Assembly (NCBI RefSeq): GCF_006345805.1
Contig: NC_043002.1
Coordinates: forward strand, 35,154,001 to 35,218,000
DNA length: 64,000 bases
Origin: Octopus sinensis
Taxonomy: Eukaryota
Direction of reading: 5' to 3'
The notes below the pieces were generated by a model. The model saw nothing but the letters and a program-made list of their open reading frames with translations, did not search any database and was not told the DNA's origin. This document shows positions 1-13,089 of this stretch, in pieces. The position numbers and the translations under genes were made by a program. Numbering within the stretch: position 1 is the stretch's first letter; the number at the start of each line of letters is the position of its first letter.

Positions 1-416
1 CTGTTGCAAAAAGCAGTAAGAGCTGGTGAATGGTTTGTGAAAGATGTACAGAAGTGCTGTCAATAAGGTACAACATTGAATTTAGAATGCAGATAGAGAT
101 CCATCAGAACTCTAGCAAAGTTTTAGTGATGCTCCATCATAGTGAGAAGGTTTATGACAACCAGAAAGAAATAAAGCAAACATTCTCCACTGAATGTGTG
201 ATATCAGAATGCATGAATAACATCTCAAATGAGCTGAGAGTAAAACTAGATATAAATGGACTTAACATAAAATTGGGAAGGTAAGGAAGAACATAGGGAT
301 GGGTTATCAAAAAAGAGAGTGTATATTTTAAGATTACTGAAAAGTGGTGTAGTAACGTGTTCCCATTTGTATGCCAATTAACTGAGATGGTGAACCTGAT
401 GGCTGCATCAGGCTCC

Positions 417-513
417 TGCCAGATCTGATTGGAGCCTAGCATCTGGTTTGCCAGTCCTCAGTCAAATCGTCCAACCCATGCTAGCATGGAAAGCAGACGT
501 TAAACGATGATGA
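417..513 (+). mobile_element. 3' tail fragment of RTE-related SINE/LINE
   Basis: The tail ccaacccatgctagcatggaaagcagacgttaaacgatgatg recurs at about 2640-2717, 5750-5798, 37460-37510 and 45620-45680. It is preceded by degenerate LINE-like sequence at 1-330. Confidence 0.7.
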
Positions 514-1179
514 GAATTGAATCCAGACACATAAGTCATTTTTGAGAGACTAAAATATTTTCTTGTTATTTCAAACAGAACCTGAAGTTATATTATTGTA
601 TCAGTTTTTCAGCAAAACTATCTCATATATTTTATTGTGTCTGAGAAGAGTCATTATCTTTTAATGCCTTATTATTTAACACACCATTTTGATTTCCACT
701 CATTTACTTATTTATTTTTTTCTAAAATTTTTGTTGCATCTTGCAACCTTTTCAATAGTCATTGACTTTCTCATATATTCTCTTCAGTTAATTTCACTAA
801 ACACCAGTGACATCTACTATATAACATCTTATAAGAGATGTTTCCCCACAAAATTACTAGATTATACTTTATACAACTATTGTGATAATGGCTCTGATAA
901 TCTGTTGGCAAATAATGCATGTTGACTTTAAGCTCGGCTTCAAAATCTGTTTTGAAGTAGTTTCCAGTGTGATTACACTAGTGTGATGGTGAGCAGTCAC
1001 ATTGTGTTTATATCTTGGTCTCAGTCTGCAAGAAGAACCCCTCTCTCTCATTCCAGTACTGAGAATTAATTCAACACTTTGCTGCAATCTCTACCAATGT
1101 TGAGTCAACCCATCATGTGGTACCTACATACAGCAAAATGGACAGTGGAATTATATGGATACAGGACAGAATTTTTACA

Positions 1180-2717
1180 GGCACATAAAAACACCATCCG
1201 AAGACCCGGCGACGTAGTCAGTCCACCTGTGCATACCTTCCCTCTTATGACACTTGTGAAGACCTGTTGAGGCAAGTGTGTGACACTTGTGAAGACCTGT
1301 TGAGGCAGAGGCAAGTGTGTGACACTTTGTGAAGACCTGTTGAGGCAGAGGCAAGTGTGTGACACTTGTGGAGACCTGTTGAGGCAAGTGTGTGACACGT
1401 GTGACACTTGTGAAGACCTGTTGAGGCAAGTGAAAATCAAACCAAATCAAAATAGATGAACATCAATGGAATTTGTATCTTTGTGGTTCCAGTACCGGTG
1501 GCACACAAGAAAACCATCCGATCGTGGCCGTTCGCCAGCCACATCTGGCACCTGTGTCGGTGGCACATAAAAACACCATCCGAAGACCCGGCGACGTAGT
1601 CAGTCCACCTGTGCATACCTTCCTACTTATGACACTTGTGAAGACCTGTTGAGGCAAGTGTGTGACACTTGTGTAGACCTGTTGAGGCAAGTGAAAATCA
1701 AAATCAAACCAAATCAAAGTAGATGAACATCAATGGAATTTGTATCTTTGTGGTACCAGTACTAGTCAGGCCATAACCCGTGGCCCCTACTTGGGACGTA
1801 GTCAGTCCACCTGTGCATACCTTCCTTCCTTCTTGTGACACTTGTGAAGACCTGTTGAGGCAAGTGAAAATCAAATCAAATCAAATCAAAATAGATGAAC
1901 ATCAATGGAATTTGTATCTTTGTGGTACCAGTGCCGGTGGCACACAAGAAAACTATCCGAACGTGGCCGTAGCCAGTACCGCATCGACTGGCCTCCGTGC
2001 TGTGGGCACGCAACAAACACCATCCGATCGTGGCCGTTCGCCAGCCTCATCTGGCACCTGTGTCAGTGGCACATAAAAACACCATCCGAAGACCCGGCAA
2101 GACTAGTCAGGCCATAACCCGTGGCCCCTACCTGGGACGTAGTCAGTCCACCTGTGCATACCTTCCTTCTTGTGACACTTGTGAAGACCTGTTGAGGCAA
2201 GTGAAAATCAAATCAAATCAAAACAAATCAAAATAGATGAACATCAATGGAATTTGTATCTTTGTGGTACCAGTGCCGGTGGCACACAAGAAAACCATCC
2301 GAACGTGGCTGTAGCCAGTACCGCATAAACTGGCCTCCGTGCTTTGGGGACGTAACAAACACCATCCGATCGTGGCCGTCCGCCAGCCTCATCTGGCACC
2401 TGTGTCGGTGGCACATAAAAACACCATCTGAGCGTGGCCGTCTGCCAGCCTCGTCTGGCACCTGTGTCGGTGGCACATAAAAACACCATCCGAGCGTGGC
2501 CGTTCGCCAGCCTCGTCTGGCACCTGTGTCGGTGGCACATAAAATCACCCACTACACTCTCGGAGTGGTTGGCGTTAGGAAGGGCATCCAGCTGTAGAAA
2601 CACTGCCAGATCTGACTGGCCTGGTGCAGCCTTCGGGCTCCCCAGACCCCAGTTGAACCGTCCAACCCATGCTAGCATGGAAAACGGACGCTAAATGATG
2701 ATGATGATGATGATGAT
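1180..2717 (+). repeat. Concatenated, internally rearranged RTE-type 3'UTR/SINE array ending in a (GAT)n tail
   Basis: Four passes through the same modules (gtagtcagtccacctgtgcatacc; gacacttgtgaagacctgttgaggcaagtg; aaatcaaaatagatgaacatcaatgg; ~62-bp cgtggccgttcgccagcc...cacataaaaacaccatccga). It ends in the family tail and (gat)n at 2697-2717. Confidence 0.8.
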
Positions 2718-4688
2718 TCTTCAGATAATTGCCTAAGTCCTCTATTTACTCAGTTCTCAGTATGATTAAATGATAAAATTATAACTAAAGACATGCACAC
2801 TCCATTCAATTATTCATCAAAGAGAAACATTTTTGAGACATCCCTAAAACATGGTATTACTGTGGGTGATGGTGAGGCTGAAGTACTGAAACAGTCAGGC
2901 ACTGTCTCAAGCATCATTTTAATACATAAGACTTCCTTGTTAGTGGCCCAGCAATTCACATCTCAAAAGCCAGATTGAATTTGCCAACAAATTACAGTAT
3001 TTCATCCAGTTACTGATATTGTAATCCTCACCTCCATCACTGCATTAAGGATGTGTGATGGAGCAAATGTACTGCTAACTGCAGTGTCTGTATGAAGTAT
3101 CTGCTTCAAACCCAAGGGTAAAGAGTGAGTCCATCAAGCCTCTTCACATTATCTCTTGACAATTCCAATGACTCCATAGTTGAGACAATAATTATCCTGG
3201 TTTAGGGCTCATTTAATGATCAAGTTTATCTTGATGGCACAACCAATATTACCTACATTAAGTCACTATGATAATTCATGATGACCTCCAGTATCAAGGG
3301 GCTTACCACAATGACATTCTTCAGATGAATTAAGTCAAAGTACAAACATTCTAGTCTAACCTGAAAAGGAGGATATTACAATATTGATGAAAGGGCAGAA
3401 ATAATTTTACATTTGAAATGAACAGACAAAAAGATATGTGATAAAGAAAAAACAATTCCCTTGATGAAGCTACTAAAGGGAGGATAATCCCGATTCCAGA
3501 TATCCAAATTCAAGGACATAAAAGAACATTTTCGCAATATTAAAAGCATCATTTGTAGATTTATTTGATTTTTAAATATAACTATTGTTTTATGCTATAT
3601 ATTTTTTAGGTGTCTGTTATTTATATGGCCTTGATGAAATGTAAATAATGAAAAGTGAACATTACACCTACATGCGTTAGCTGCAATCAAAGTCTGTTTT
3701 GTTAAAGCTGACTGTATTTGCTAGCATATAAGACACCCCTCTATTTTACAAGTATATTTAATTTAAAAAATAGAAATTTAGTATGCTTCAATATACACTT
3801 ATTAAAAGATATTTTAAAGTAGTTTGTAGGGGTAAAATGTATGGTTCTATGCTTGTAACTATAATATTGTAACAGTATATTTGAATAAAGTACAAAACCT
3901 TATATTTATCATAAATGTTATGGGAATACTATATTTGAACTTTATCTTCTTTCAGATCAAGTGCATAGTTGCTTATATTTTGGTGAAGAGAATTGCCATA
4001 GAGGATATAAAATTCATATTTTGGGCTGAGATTTTTTTTTTTGTGTGTGTGTAACTGCAGTCAGCTGCAAGAATGGCATACCACAACTATGGCTTTGCTT
4101 TTATCCACTCATTGCAAATAGCTGAAAGGCAGATGAAAATTTAATATTCCTTTCATCTTTCTAGAATTTTTCACTTGGATAGCTAAAAGGTAACAAGATA
4201 ATTAAATAATGTAAGAGATAAATCAGGTGTAGATTGTGTATGTTGAGGAGGAAGGTGTAATGAGATGATGTGACTTCCCACATAACTGCTGATGTACTCT
4301 AAGCAATTTTTCATAAGTTTATGCTAGCAGGCTGTGATAATTTGGCTTGTTTTCAGTACTTTATTATTAGTAGCAACTATTGTATCAAGCTGGTGTACAG
4401 ACAACTAGCTTCGTGGCCTATGGTACTTGATCCCACGTTCATAGTTCAGCCACATTAGATGCAAGGCAACTTTTGGATATAGCTGATATTAAAAAGGTAT
4501 GTCTTATACAACACAGTAATTTCTATGATCCAAACTTGGTTACTAGTTGTTAATTTGTATCACAAATATTTTTGTAAAAGTGCTATGCATCTTCTCAAAA
4601 TACAGAAATTGTTTTACAACATATAAAAGACTTCACCATTTCCTCCCCTACTTCTCACTCACATCGTGTGTGTATACATACACATATA

Positions 4689-5520
4689 CAGGATGAGATG
4701 GGTAAATTGTTGCCATTTTATATTTTTAATTTCGTGTATGCGCATTGTTTTTGATTTTGTCAACTACACAATATAGTAGGGTCAGTTGGGCATGGTCTGC
4801 GAGAAAAACAGCACCATGATGAAATTCACTCTGCCAGAAATTTGGAAATGACATGCTGTACTGCTTGGCATTCATGCCAGAAGTTATAAAAATCACATCA
4901 GAAGTGAAAAAATGTGCTGAGTGATAAAAATCAAAACATTCAATCATCATGGTGTCTGCAGTGATCACTAGTGATGGCAACGTTATGCCTCCATTCATCT
5001 TCCCAAACAGTTTCACACTCAACATGGAGGCCTACATCAAGTGACTGGCGGAGGTAGTGCTGCCCTGGGTAAAGATGGTGGCTGTTGGAAGATCCTGTGT
5101 CTGGCAAGAGCTCTGCACCATGCCACACAAGCAGAACCCAGCCATGGCTGTCAGGCAATTTCTGCGACCACATCACCCCCAAACATCTGGTCACCTAACA
5201 CCCCACACTGCAACGCCCTTGATTATCATGTGTGGGGCACAGTTGAACAAGAGACCAGTAACACCAAAGATAAGCTGATGGCAAGGATTATGGCAGCATT
5301 CACCAACATAAACAAGTAGACTGTCCAGAAGAGTTGCAGGAGATTCCAGAGGGGTCTGGAGGCCATGGTTGCAGCTAATGGTGATTTTATTGAATAAATT
5401 TACTCTGTAGTATTTCAAGATATTTTTATGTAATTTTGATAAATATATCTGTTAAAATGAGATGTCAGTGTTATTTTCATTTTTGCATAATTTAGACAAC
5501 AGTTTATTCACTGCACCCTG
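4689..5520 (+). mobile_element. Internally deleted Tc1/mariner transposon, maT (DD37D)-like
   Basis: TA|CAGG...CCCTG|TA termini. Frameshifted transposase C-terminus (VITSDGNVMPPFIFP, VLPWVK, NIWSPNTPHCNALDYHVWG, EAMVAANGDFIE) resembles maT-type transposases. Confidence 0.75.
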
Positions 5521-5553
5521 TATGTGTGTGTGTGTGTGTGTATATATATATCA

Positions 5554-5798
5554 TGCCGGTGGCATGTAAAAAGCACCAACCAATCGTGGCTGTTGCCAGC
5601 CTCCCCTGGCACCTGTGCCGGTGGCACATAAAAAGCACCCACTACACTTACGAAGTGGTTGGCATTAGGAAGGGCATCCAGCTGTAGAAACACTGCCAAA
5701 TCAGACTGGAGCTTGGTGCAGCCTCCTGGCTTCCCAGACCCTGGTCAAACCATCCAGCCCATGCTAGCATGGAAAACAGGCGTTAAACGATGATGATG
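5554..5798 (+). mobile_element. RTE-related SINE/LINE 3' end
   Basis: Same sequence as 2460-2717 (gtggcacataaaaagcacccactacact...aggaagggcatccagctgtagaaacactgcc...gatgatg). Confidence 0.8.
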
Positions 5799-6829
5799 CT
5801 GATATATATTGTTCAGTATTAAATGTTGGTAAAAAAGTATTTGTTACCATGGTAGAGATTAATATTTTATTTTGGTTGTTCAGTCTCTTGCTACTCAGGC
5901 AAGTTATGATTAGAAAATTGATGGGGTTTACACAATTATATGTAGTTTTGTAGTCATAGAGTGTGATGATGTAGAAAAAAGTATGATATAGGAGGGGAAA
6001 AGGAAGGAAAGTGACAGAAAGAAAAATAAAGCAGAGTAAAAGGAAAAAAGTAGTAGAAAAAGATGAAAAATATATTTGGAGAATATATGAGGTGTTTAGT
6101 AACAGAGTGTTGTAAGCACCACCCCAGCCATTTTCGAGGTTAGTGTATCATTTTCTTTGTCTCAATGTCTAGAATCCCAAAAAGTTGGAAGAACCAGTGA
6201 GGCTTGCAATAATGTTGAAAATCTGACTGAAAAAAATTGTACCTCGACGTTTGCTCACCCAAACTCAAACCAGAAAGTTTAGTAACATACCATCGTAAGC
6301 ATACACATTCAATCATTAACTTTGGTGTGGTCCCTGTATCATCTTTTGAGGTGTTATGGCTCATTTTCTAATATTCCGTGTTACCATCATAACGATAATG
6401 GGTTATCTTATGTCATAGTTACCTCTTAAAGATACCTTAGTATATTAAAACACAAACAATATCTTTGGTGGTGGTGGTGGGGTCTCTGTATGTTTTTTCT
6501 AGGTATTATGGCTAAAATATGCAATGTGATAAACCATTTCATAGTACTGGTATATTCTACAAACTGAGAAAGATGCAGTCATTGTTTCATGTTTCAGATG
6601 CACACAAATAAATAATTTTACTCAGGTGCAATGATTAGAGGAGGTTTCCATGGTCTTTTTAAGACCAAAACCAGCTTCCTTTGTTCCTTGCCCAGATATC
6701 GCATTCTGAAAGTTGTGAAACTTTGACTGCATTTTTCTCAGTTTTTAAGTTGTGGCGCTTATGAACAATTACTTACTAAATGCTTCATACATATATGATT
6801 GTATGTGTACAAACATAAATCCACTAAAT

Positions 6830-7490
6830 ACATATCTAGAACTCTGCATGTAAATAAATGTACCCACTTTTTACATACACCCATATAGAACTGTACATGT
6901 ACATACATATACATTCACCTTTTACACACCTACACATTTAGAACTCCACATGTATACACATAGATGTATATAAATGTAGAATATACATCTTTTATATATC
7001 TACACACATGTATATAGAACTGTACAGGTACAATCATATATTCACCTTTTACATACACCTACACATATAGTCTTTTAATTGCTTCAGTTGATTGCGGCCA
7101 TGCTGGAACACCACCTTAAAGGGTTTTTGTCAAAGAAATCGATCCCAGAACTTATTCTTTATATGCCTAGTACTTATTCTATTGGTCTCTTTTGCGAAAC
7201 CACTAAGTCACAGAGACATAAACACACCAGCATTGGTTGTCAAGCGATGGCAGGGAAACACAAACACTCACATGCATACCTATGTATGTGTGTGTGTGTG
7301 TATAATATATATATATATATATGATGGGCTTCTTTCAGTTTCTGTTTACCAAATCCACTCACAAGGTTTTGGATGGCCCGAGGCTATAGTAGAAGACACT
7401 TGCCCAAGATGCCACTAAACTCTGCATGTACATACATATGTTCACCTGTTACATACCAACACCTAACACTCACATGAATAGAACTTCTTT
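6830..7490. repeat. Degenerate ~50-bp minisatellite interrupted by a SINE
   Basis: Repeated tagaactgtacatgtacatacatatacattcaccttttacac units at 6830-7070, resuming at 7416-7490. Confidence 0.55.
7078..7415 (-). mobile_element. tRNA-derived CORE-like SINE with internal (TG)n(TA)n
   Basis: Reverse complement contains ttgggcaagtgtcttctactatagcctcgggccatccaaaaccttgtgagtggatttgg. Related copies at 18320-18490 and 61510-61665; related 3' part at 59550-59700 and 62190-62320. Confidence 0.75.
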
Positions 7491-7668
7491 AACAAAGCAG
7501 GGTTAATAATATGAATAGTAATGCACTGTAAATCTACAACAGCATGTAAAGCCATATTTTATTCCATAAAATGTTTCTTTTTCCACAATTTACTTCAAGT
7601 AGCAGTTGTTACAGATCAAAAAGTCACCACTTCATATTGCATTTTAACTTATTATCATTTCATACTGT

Positions 7669-8598
7669 TCATATGCCATCATAGCATGCTTTCCCACGAG
7701 AGTGGATACGTTTATGAGAAGATAAATTACAATTTTGAGAGAATGATTTCCCACAGATATCACAGCAGTATGGTTTTTTCCCTGTATGAACAAGTTTATG
7801 GTAAGACAAGCCACCACTCTGAGAAAATGTTTTACCACAAATATCACAATAATACGGGTTCTCTCCAGTATGGATTCGCCTGTGAGATATCAAGCTACCA
7901 CCCTGCGAAAATGTTCTACCACAGATATCACAGTGATATGGTTTCTCTCCTGTGTGAATACGTTTGTGAGAAGACAAACTGCCACTGTGAGAGAACATTT
8001 GACCACAGATATCACAGTGGTATGGTTTCTCTCCAGTGTGAACGAGTTTGTGGTAAGACAAACCACCACTCCGGGAAAATGATTTACCACAGATATCACA
8101 ACGATATGGGTACTCTCCCGTGTGTGTACGTTTGTGATAAGATAAACTACCATTCAGAGAGAATGTTTTACCACAGATATCACAATGATATGGTTTCTCC
8201 CCTGTGTGTGTACGTTTGTGATAAGATAAACTACCATTTACAGAGAATGATTTACCACAGACATCACAGTGATATGGTTTCTCACCTGTATGTATACGTC
8301 TGTGGGAAGATAAATTACTATTTTGAGAAAATGCTTTACCACAGATATCACAACAGTGTGGCTTTTCTCCTGTATGAATATGTTTGTGGAGAGACAAGGA
8401 ACGATTTGTAGTAAACTTTTTACCACAAACTTCACAGGGGTACAGCTTGGAGACTGAGTGATTTAATTTATGCTGAATTAAATTCTTTCTTGTTGTTAAT
8501 GATCTTCTGCATATATCACAAGGGTAGGATTTCTCTTTTGCATTTTCCTGTGTCTGGGTAGATGAGTCAATATACTCAAGCTTTGCTTTCTTATTCAT
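7669..8598 (-). CDS. C2H2 zinc-finger protein (ZNF-A), 10 tandem fingers, ~309 aa from the first ATG
   Basis: Ten CxxC-x12-HxxxH repeats with TGEKPY-type linkers. The track ORF starts at GTG 8613, but the first in-frame ATG is at 8598. Candidate acceptors: tttctatttcag| at 8727 and ataactcag| at 8625. Confidence 0.93.
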   Translation of the reverse strand: MNKKAKLEYIDSSTQTQENAKEKSYPCDICRRSLTTRKNLIQHKLNHSVSKLYPCEVCGKKFTTNRSLSLHKHIHTGEKPHCCDICGKAFSQNSNLSSHRRIHTGEKPYHCDVCGKSFSVNGSLSYHKRTHTGEKPYHCDICGKTFSLNGSLSYHKRTHTGEYPYRCDICGKSFSRSGGLSYHKLVHTGEKPYHCDICGQMFSHSGSLSSHKRIHTGEKPYHCDICGRTFSQGGSLISHRRIHTGENPYYCDICGKTFSQSGGLSYHKLVHTGKKPYCCDICGKSFSQNCNLSSHKRIHSRGKACYDGI

Positions 8599-8909
8599 AA
8601 CTTTGTGTTCCACATCTATCCAAACCTGAGTTATAAAAAACGGGTTGGCATCAGTTTGATGAATGAATTAGTTTTAGCCTTCAAAAGTTGATAAATATGT
8701 CGATCATTTTCAGTGAAATATTTTTATCTGAAATAGAAAGATATAATGGACAATGAAGTATAAGTATGAAAATTATTGGAGAGAAGATATCTGACCATAA
8801 GTACAGCAAGTTAAATTAACAAAAACAGAGACAGCACGTTTACAGAGAGAAAAAAACAAGAAGCAATTACCATACTGTCAATTCATTGGAGTAATCCCAA
8901 AACCCAACA

Positions 8910-9385
8910 CCCTTCCCACCCAATTCTACAGCCTTGGCCTTTAAGCAGGCTATCCACATGCTAGAAATAACAGCCAAATCTCACAAAACTGCGATAACAT
9001 AACGAAAGAAATATGTAATCAATCTATTCACCTTTCTGCAAAAATTTCTTTCAGAGAAATTTCCTGCAATAATATGACAAAGCAATTCATGCGAAATTAA
9101 AGTGTTCACATGTTTTGTTTTGGGTTTTGAAAGTTACAAAAAAATATGAGTGTAGAAATAACAGCAAACTCTTTTGAAAAAAGAAAAGCAGAAATAGCAA
9201 AGAAACACCGTGACAAAGTGAAATTAAAGAGAATCATTTGACCAGCGCAAAACATCGTGCGTTTGAAAATGGGCAGATTGATTACATATTTCTTTCATTA
9301 TGTTATTGCAGTTTTGAGATTTGGCTGTTATTTGTAGCATATGGATAGCCTGGTTGAAGGCCAAAACCGTAGAATTGGGAAGGGA
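8910..9385. mobile_element. MITE-like element with ~115-bp terminal inverted repeats
   Basis: 8910-9025 (cccaattctac...ggctatccacatgctagaaataacagccaaatctc...gtaatcaatct) is the reverse complement of 9275-9385, with scattered mismatches. Confidence 0.75.
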
Positions 9386-9489
9386 AGGGAGGGGGTTGGG
9401 GGTATTTCTTTTTGAAAAATTGAAATTTTACAAACAATATTTTTCAGAATCGGATTCTCCATAGCCGAAAACGTGGGATTCCGTAAAAA

Positions 9490-9600
9490 AAATATATCCA
9501 TTTTCCTGCAAGTTATGAGGGAAAAATCGGATCTAGTGAATTTTCCGAAAGTCCTTTTCTCCCCACCCCGAGGTTCGTTTGCGCAAATTTTTTTCCTATT
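9490..9600. mobile_element. Solo right arm of the foldback element seen at 26340-27209
   Basis: ccattttcctgcaagttatgagggaaaaatcggatctagtgaattttccgaaagtcc...ggttcgtttgcgcaaatttt matches 27105-27205. Confidence 0.7.
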
Positions 9601-10402
9601 CGTTTTCTACACAGTTGTTAACACCCAGCAAACTTTTTTTTTTTCGTTAACGGGTGAGGATCTTTATATTGACCCTCAGGGGTCAATAAAATAGAGTACT
9701 AATCAAGCTTTGGAGATCGATGGTATCGACTAAATCCTAAAGGAGGTCAATTCTTTATATTGACCGAATGGTGTAGATGACGAATAAATGTAAAAAGATA
9801 GAGATTTTCTATAAAACTAATTTGTAAAATATACGATACATAACAATGTGAGTAATTAAGATGAAATAATGAGATATAGAAGTAGGGAGGCTTGATCAAA
9901 TATAACAATGATACATAACAACGTAGTTATAAGATGAGAAAATGATTCATAATTTAGGCACAAGGTCAGCTATTTTGAAGTGAGGGATTTAGTCGATACC
10001 ATCGATTTCCAAAGCTTGATTAGTACTTTATTTTATTGACCATAGAGGGTGTTGAACTCAGAACGTAAAGAGCCGGAAAAAATACTGCAATGTATTTGTC
10101 CGATGTTCAAATAATTTTGTCAATGAAGTGAAGTAGAGACACTCGATAAAATATATCAATGATCCTGACATAATATACTTAAAAGATGTTAGTTAAATAG
10201 AACAGAACTTACAAATATTTCTCACAGGATATCACTATTTTCTTCTTCTTCGTTTGCTTAATAAATAATCTCTTAAGTTAATTACAGGAGATAATTAGTT
10301 ATTATTAAGAGAGAGTAAGTAAATGTTACAACTGCAATGTTTATAAAATTTGGTGAACGCAACACAGCGTAAATATCACTGAGTGCACAAGAAAGAACTT
10401 AC

Positions 10403-10640
10403 CTCAAATCACTAGAGAGTGATACACAGTTTCCTGTTGTTTAACCTCTGATTGAAATGGATCCAAAAATAAGTGACATTATTAAGTTTATTAAATAATT
10501 GAAATTGAAAGGGGTTCGACATCTTAATGAGATAAGTAGTAGTAGGTGGACGAAAAGGCTGACAGGGGATTTTGAGAGTCCGTAAAAAGAAAGAGAATCC
10601 TAATAGAGTTAGAAAGTGTGTTGAATGATAGATTTGACAA
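10403..10640 (-). promoter_or_regulatory. Putative non-coding upstream exon/promoter of ZNF-A
   Basis: Consensus donor GAG|GTAAGT on the minus strand (intron starts at 10402), 1.7 kb upstream of the acceptor at 8727. The 5' boundary is a guess. Confidence 0.4.
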
Positions 10641-10899
10641 AGATTAAGGAACATAAAACAAAATTTATGGAAAAATATAAGGAAGACGTTTACTGATTAG
10701 CAACCTAACAAAAGCTGCTTTGAATTGTATATTGGTTTTCTATATATATTAGGTTATAGTTATTCTATCCCTCCATAACTTTTACAGTGGTTCATATTGG
10801 CGACATTTACTAATCTAACCTCAAAATTTCTAGCTAATATTTTCCAGCATATCTAGGATAGGATCACCAAAACTAGACCTTCTTTTCAGAGCACTTGTC

Positions 10900-11215
10900 T
10901 GATTTGTATTTAATCACCAATGAACTCTGACCAGCTATCTCCTCTGTCTTTTTATTGCTGCTATAATGGCCTCTGTTTCTCAGAGTAGGCTAGTTTCATA
11001 CATCCATCACTCAGCTCCCTGCCACCCACTTGTCTTTTCACCTCTTACCGTTCTTGTCATGTCTAACCACTTTTGCCTTGCATTAACAACTATGCCCATT
11101 CTTTCTTTTTCCCCAAGAACATCCTCCCTATGGAATTGTCTTCCCGCTTATATCTTTCTTGCAAGTGTTGACCTGCAACAGGTTAAACAGAACATTAACA
11201 GCATCAAGCTGACCT
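10900..11215 (+). mobile_element. CR1/L2-like LINE ORF2 C-terminal remnant
   Basis: Translation FSPRTSSLWNCLPAYIFLASVDLQQVKQNINS resembles the conserved PRT-x-xLWNxLP C-terminus of CR1-group LINEs. Confidence 0.55.
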
Positions 11216-11889
11216 GTCTTGGAAGAGTCAGCAAGTTAAAAAAGAAAAACTAGTATCCACGGTGAGGATAAGTTGGAAAAATTCAGGGAGCTAATACCTT
11301 TGCAGGTAACAAAGGACCCCCTCTTCAAGGCGAAAGGTTGAGCATGAGAACAATCTCTCCAGACATCTTTATTCATAATATTAATGGTGGCAACTCTGAA
11401 TAGGAAGATGCAAGTGTTCCAGTGGTTGATGGGTTGTTTGTTATGTTTCTGCCTCTGAAAAGAAGAGAGCCTAGGTAATTGTTTGCTGGCAATCAAGGGA
11501 ATTTCAGACATGGCCACATTTTTATACCCAACCATTCCACTTACAGTGTGCAGCACTAAGAAAATGTGAGTCTATATACAAAATTATGTTTTTACATTTG
11601 TGACTGATTTTGGAATGGTTTCATAAGCTCTATGCCCTTCTTATCAACAACTTTACAGCAAGAACTGGGTGCATTTTATCACAAAGTTGGTTAAGTATTG
11701 TCATTAGATATAATGTTTAGGACGTGCTCTTTTTCACTGCAACATGTTTTTTTATTGTTTGCTAGTGGCTGGGAAATATTATTAATTGCTTTTTATTAGT
11801 CACAGAACCTCTATGATACTGAAATTAATGTGGTCATATTAGCTAAGAGACTCACATGTCAGACATGGTCAGGTACTTTCTAATAATAG

Positions 11890-12080
11890 GTAGGTATGTT
11901 ACACATCTCACTGTTAAAAGCATGTCATCAACAACAATAGGGATGTATAAAGAACATCTCATCATTAAAAGCATGTCATATACCTTAGCAATAAGAAGGT
12001 ATACAGAATATCACACCATTAAAAGCATGTCAACAATAGATAGGTATGTAGACAAGCTGTTGTTAAAAGTATGTTAGACA
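11890..12080. repeat. Minisatellite, four degenerate 45-55 bp units
   Basis: Core ttaaaagcatgtca repeated near 11913, 11964, 12018 and 12063. Confidence 0.6.
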
Positions 12081-13089
12081 GAACACAAAAGTTAGGAAAG
12101 GATCAAGCCATGTAGTGAGATGTCTTCAACAAAGAAAAACAAATGTCAAATTACGATGTTGATAAATCAACATATGTAAAATAAAAACAAAATGTATAAA
12201 TATTTTAACCACATCCAAAACCAGGGGATATATTTTCTTTATATTGCCCCTCACTTGACTACCATAATTCTCATTTAATTACGAATTCTTCCCATTGTTA
12301 TCATTGATTTATTGTATGATAACATCAAATATCTAGTGTTTAACTTCCAATAATAATATCTAGCTTCCAACATTTAATGAAGATCAGTTTTGAAAATGTA
12401 CAATCTTTACATTGATCATGATTACAAATTCTGTAGTTTATGGTTGTGTTCGGACAAGTTTTGATGAGGTTAGTGTTTCACAATAGTCCAGTTTAGCCCC
12501 CTCCTTTATGTACACCTGTTTGCTACAAACTTATTTTAAAAATAAAACCAAAAAATATAATCGTCAGATAAAAAAATTAAGAATAAAAAAAAACACTTTA
12601 TTTAAACAATACGAAATGAAATATAATTTTAAAAGACTTTTATTCCATAATTATTAAATTTTCATTGAAATGTTGCTATTTTACTCAGAAATTTGAATCT
12701 TGTTCTATACCACTAATTGAGAAAATGAGGAGTAAAACAAGATTATTCTCTTGATGGGATATATATATCTAATGAAATTTAGAATTTACTTAAGTTACAT
12801 TTAAAAAATGTAATTAAATCAAAAATATATCCCCGTCTATTATCCTTTTCTTGCTCACTAATCCCTGACACTATTCTTTCCCTTTTCCTTTTCCCTATCC
12901 CTTCCACTTTTAATTTCTTCTCTATCAACCTCTTGCAACAATAAATCTGTTTCTCTCATCATACTCAGCCTTCCTTCGTCACCTCTTTAAAGTCATCCCT
13001 TTCTTAGTCAAGGGACTTTTTAGTTTTGCTACTTACAGAGTGACCACACAGATCTTGGTGTCATGAGAAAAGCATCTTATACACTTTGT

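Noticed and set aside
1249-1432. 33-bp direct repeats that superficially resemble a CRISPR array
   Set aside because: No unique spacers, no cas genes and a eukaryotic context; these are tandem copies of a retroelement UTR segment.
1255-1440. CUGUUGA...GAAA in the 33-bp unit as a hammerhead
   Set aside because: No helix II or helix III can be formed between the boxes.
1105-2694. Many overlapping 70-144 aa ORFs
   Set aside because: They are translations of the tandem repeat with no recognisable domain.
7521-8411. 296-aa plus-strand ORF, and similar ORFs at 29503-29736, 39597-40007 and 40436-40927
   Set aside because: Antisense shadows of the 84-nt zinc-finger periodicity.
12224-12834. 13-bp inverted repeat ggggatatatttt / aaaatatatcccc
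   Set aside because: Too short, with no TSD and no extension of pairing.
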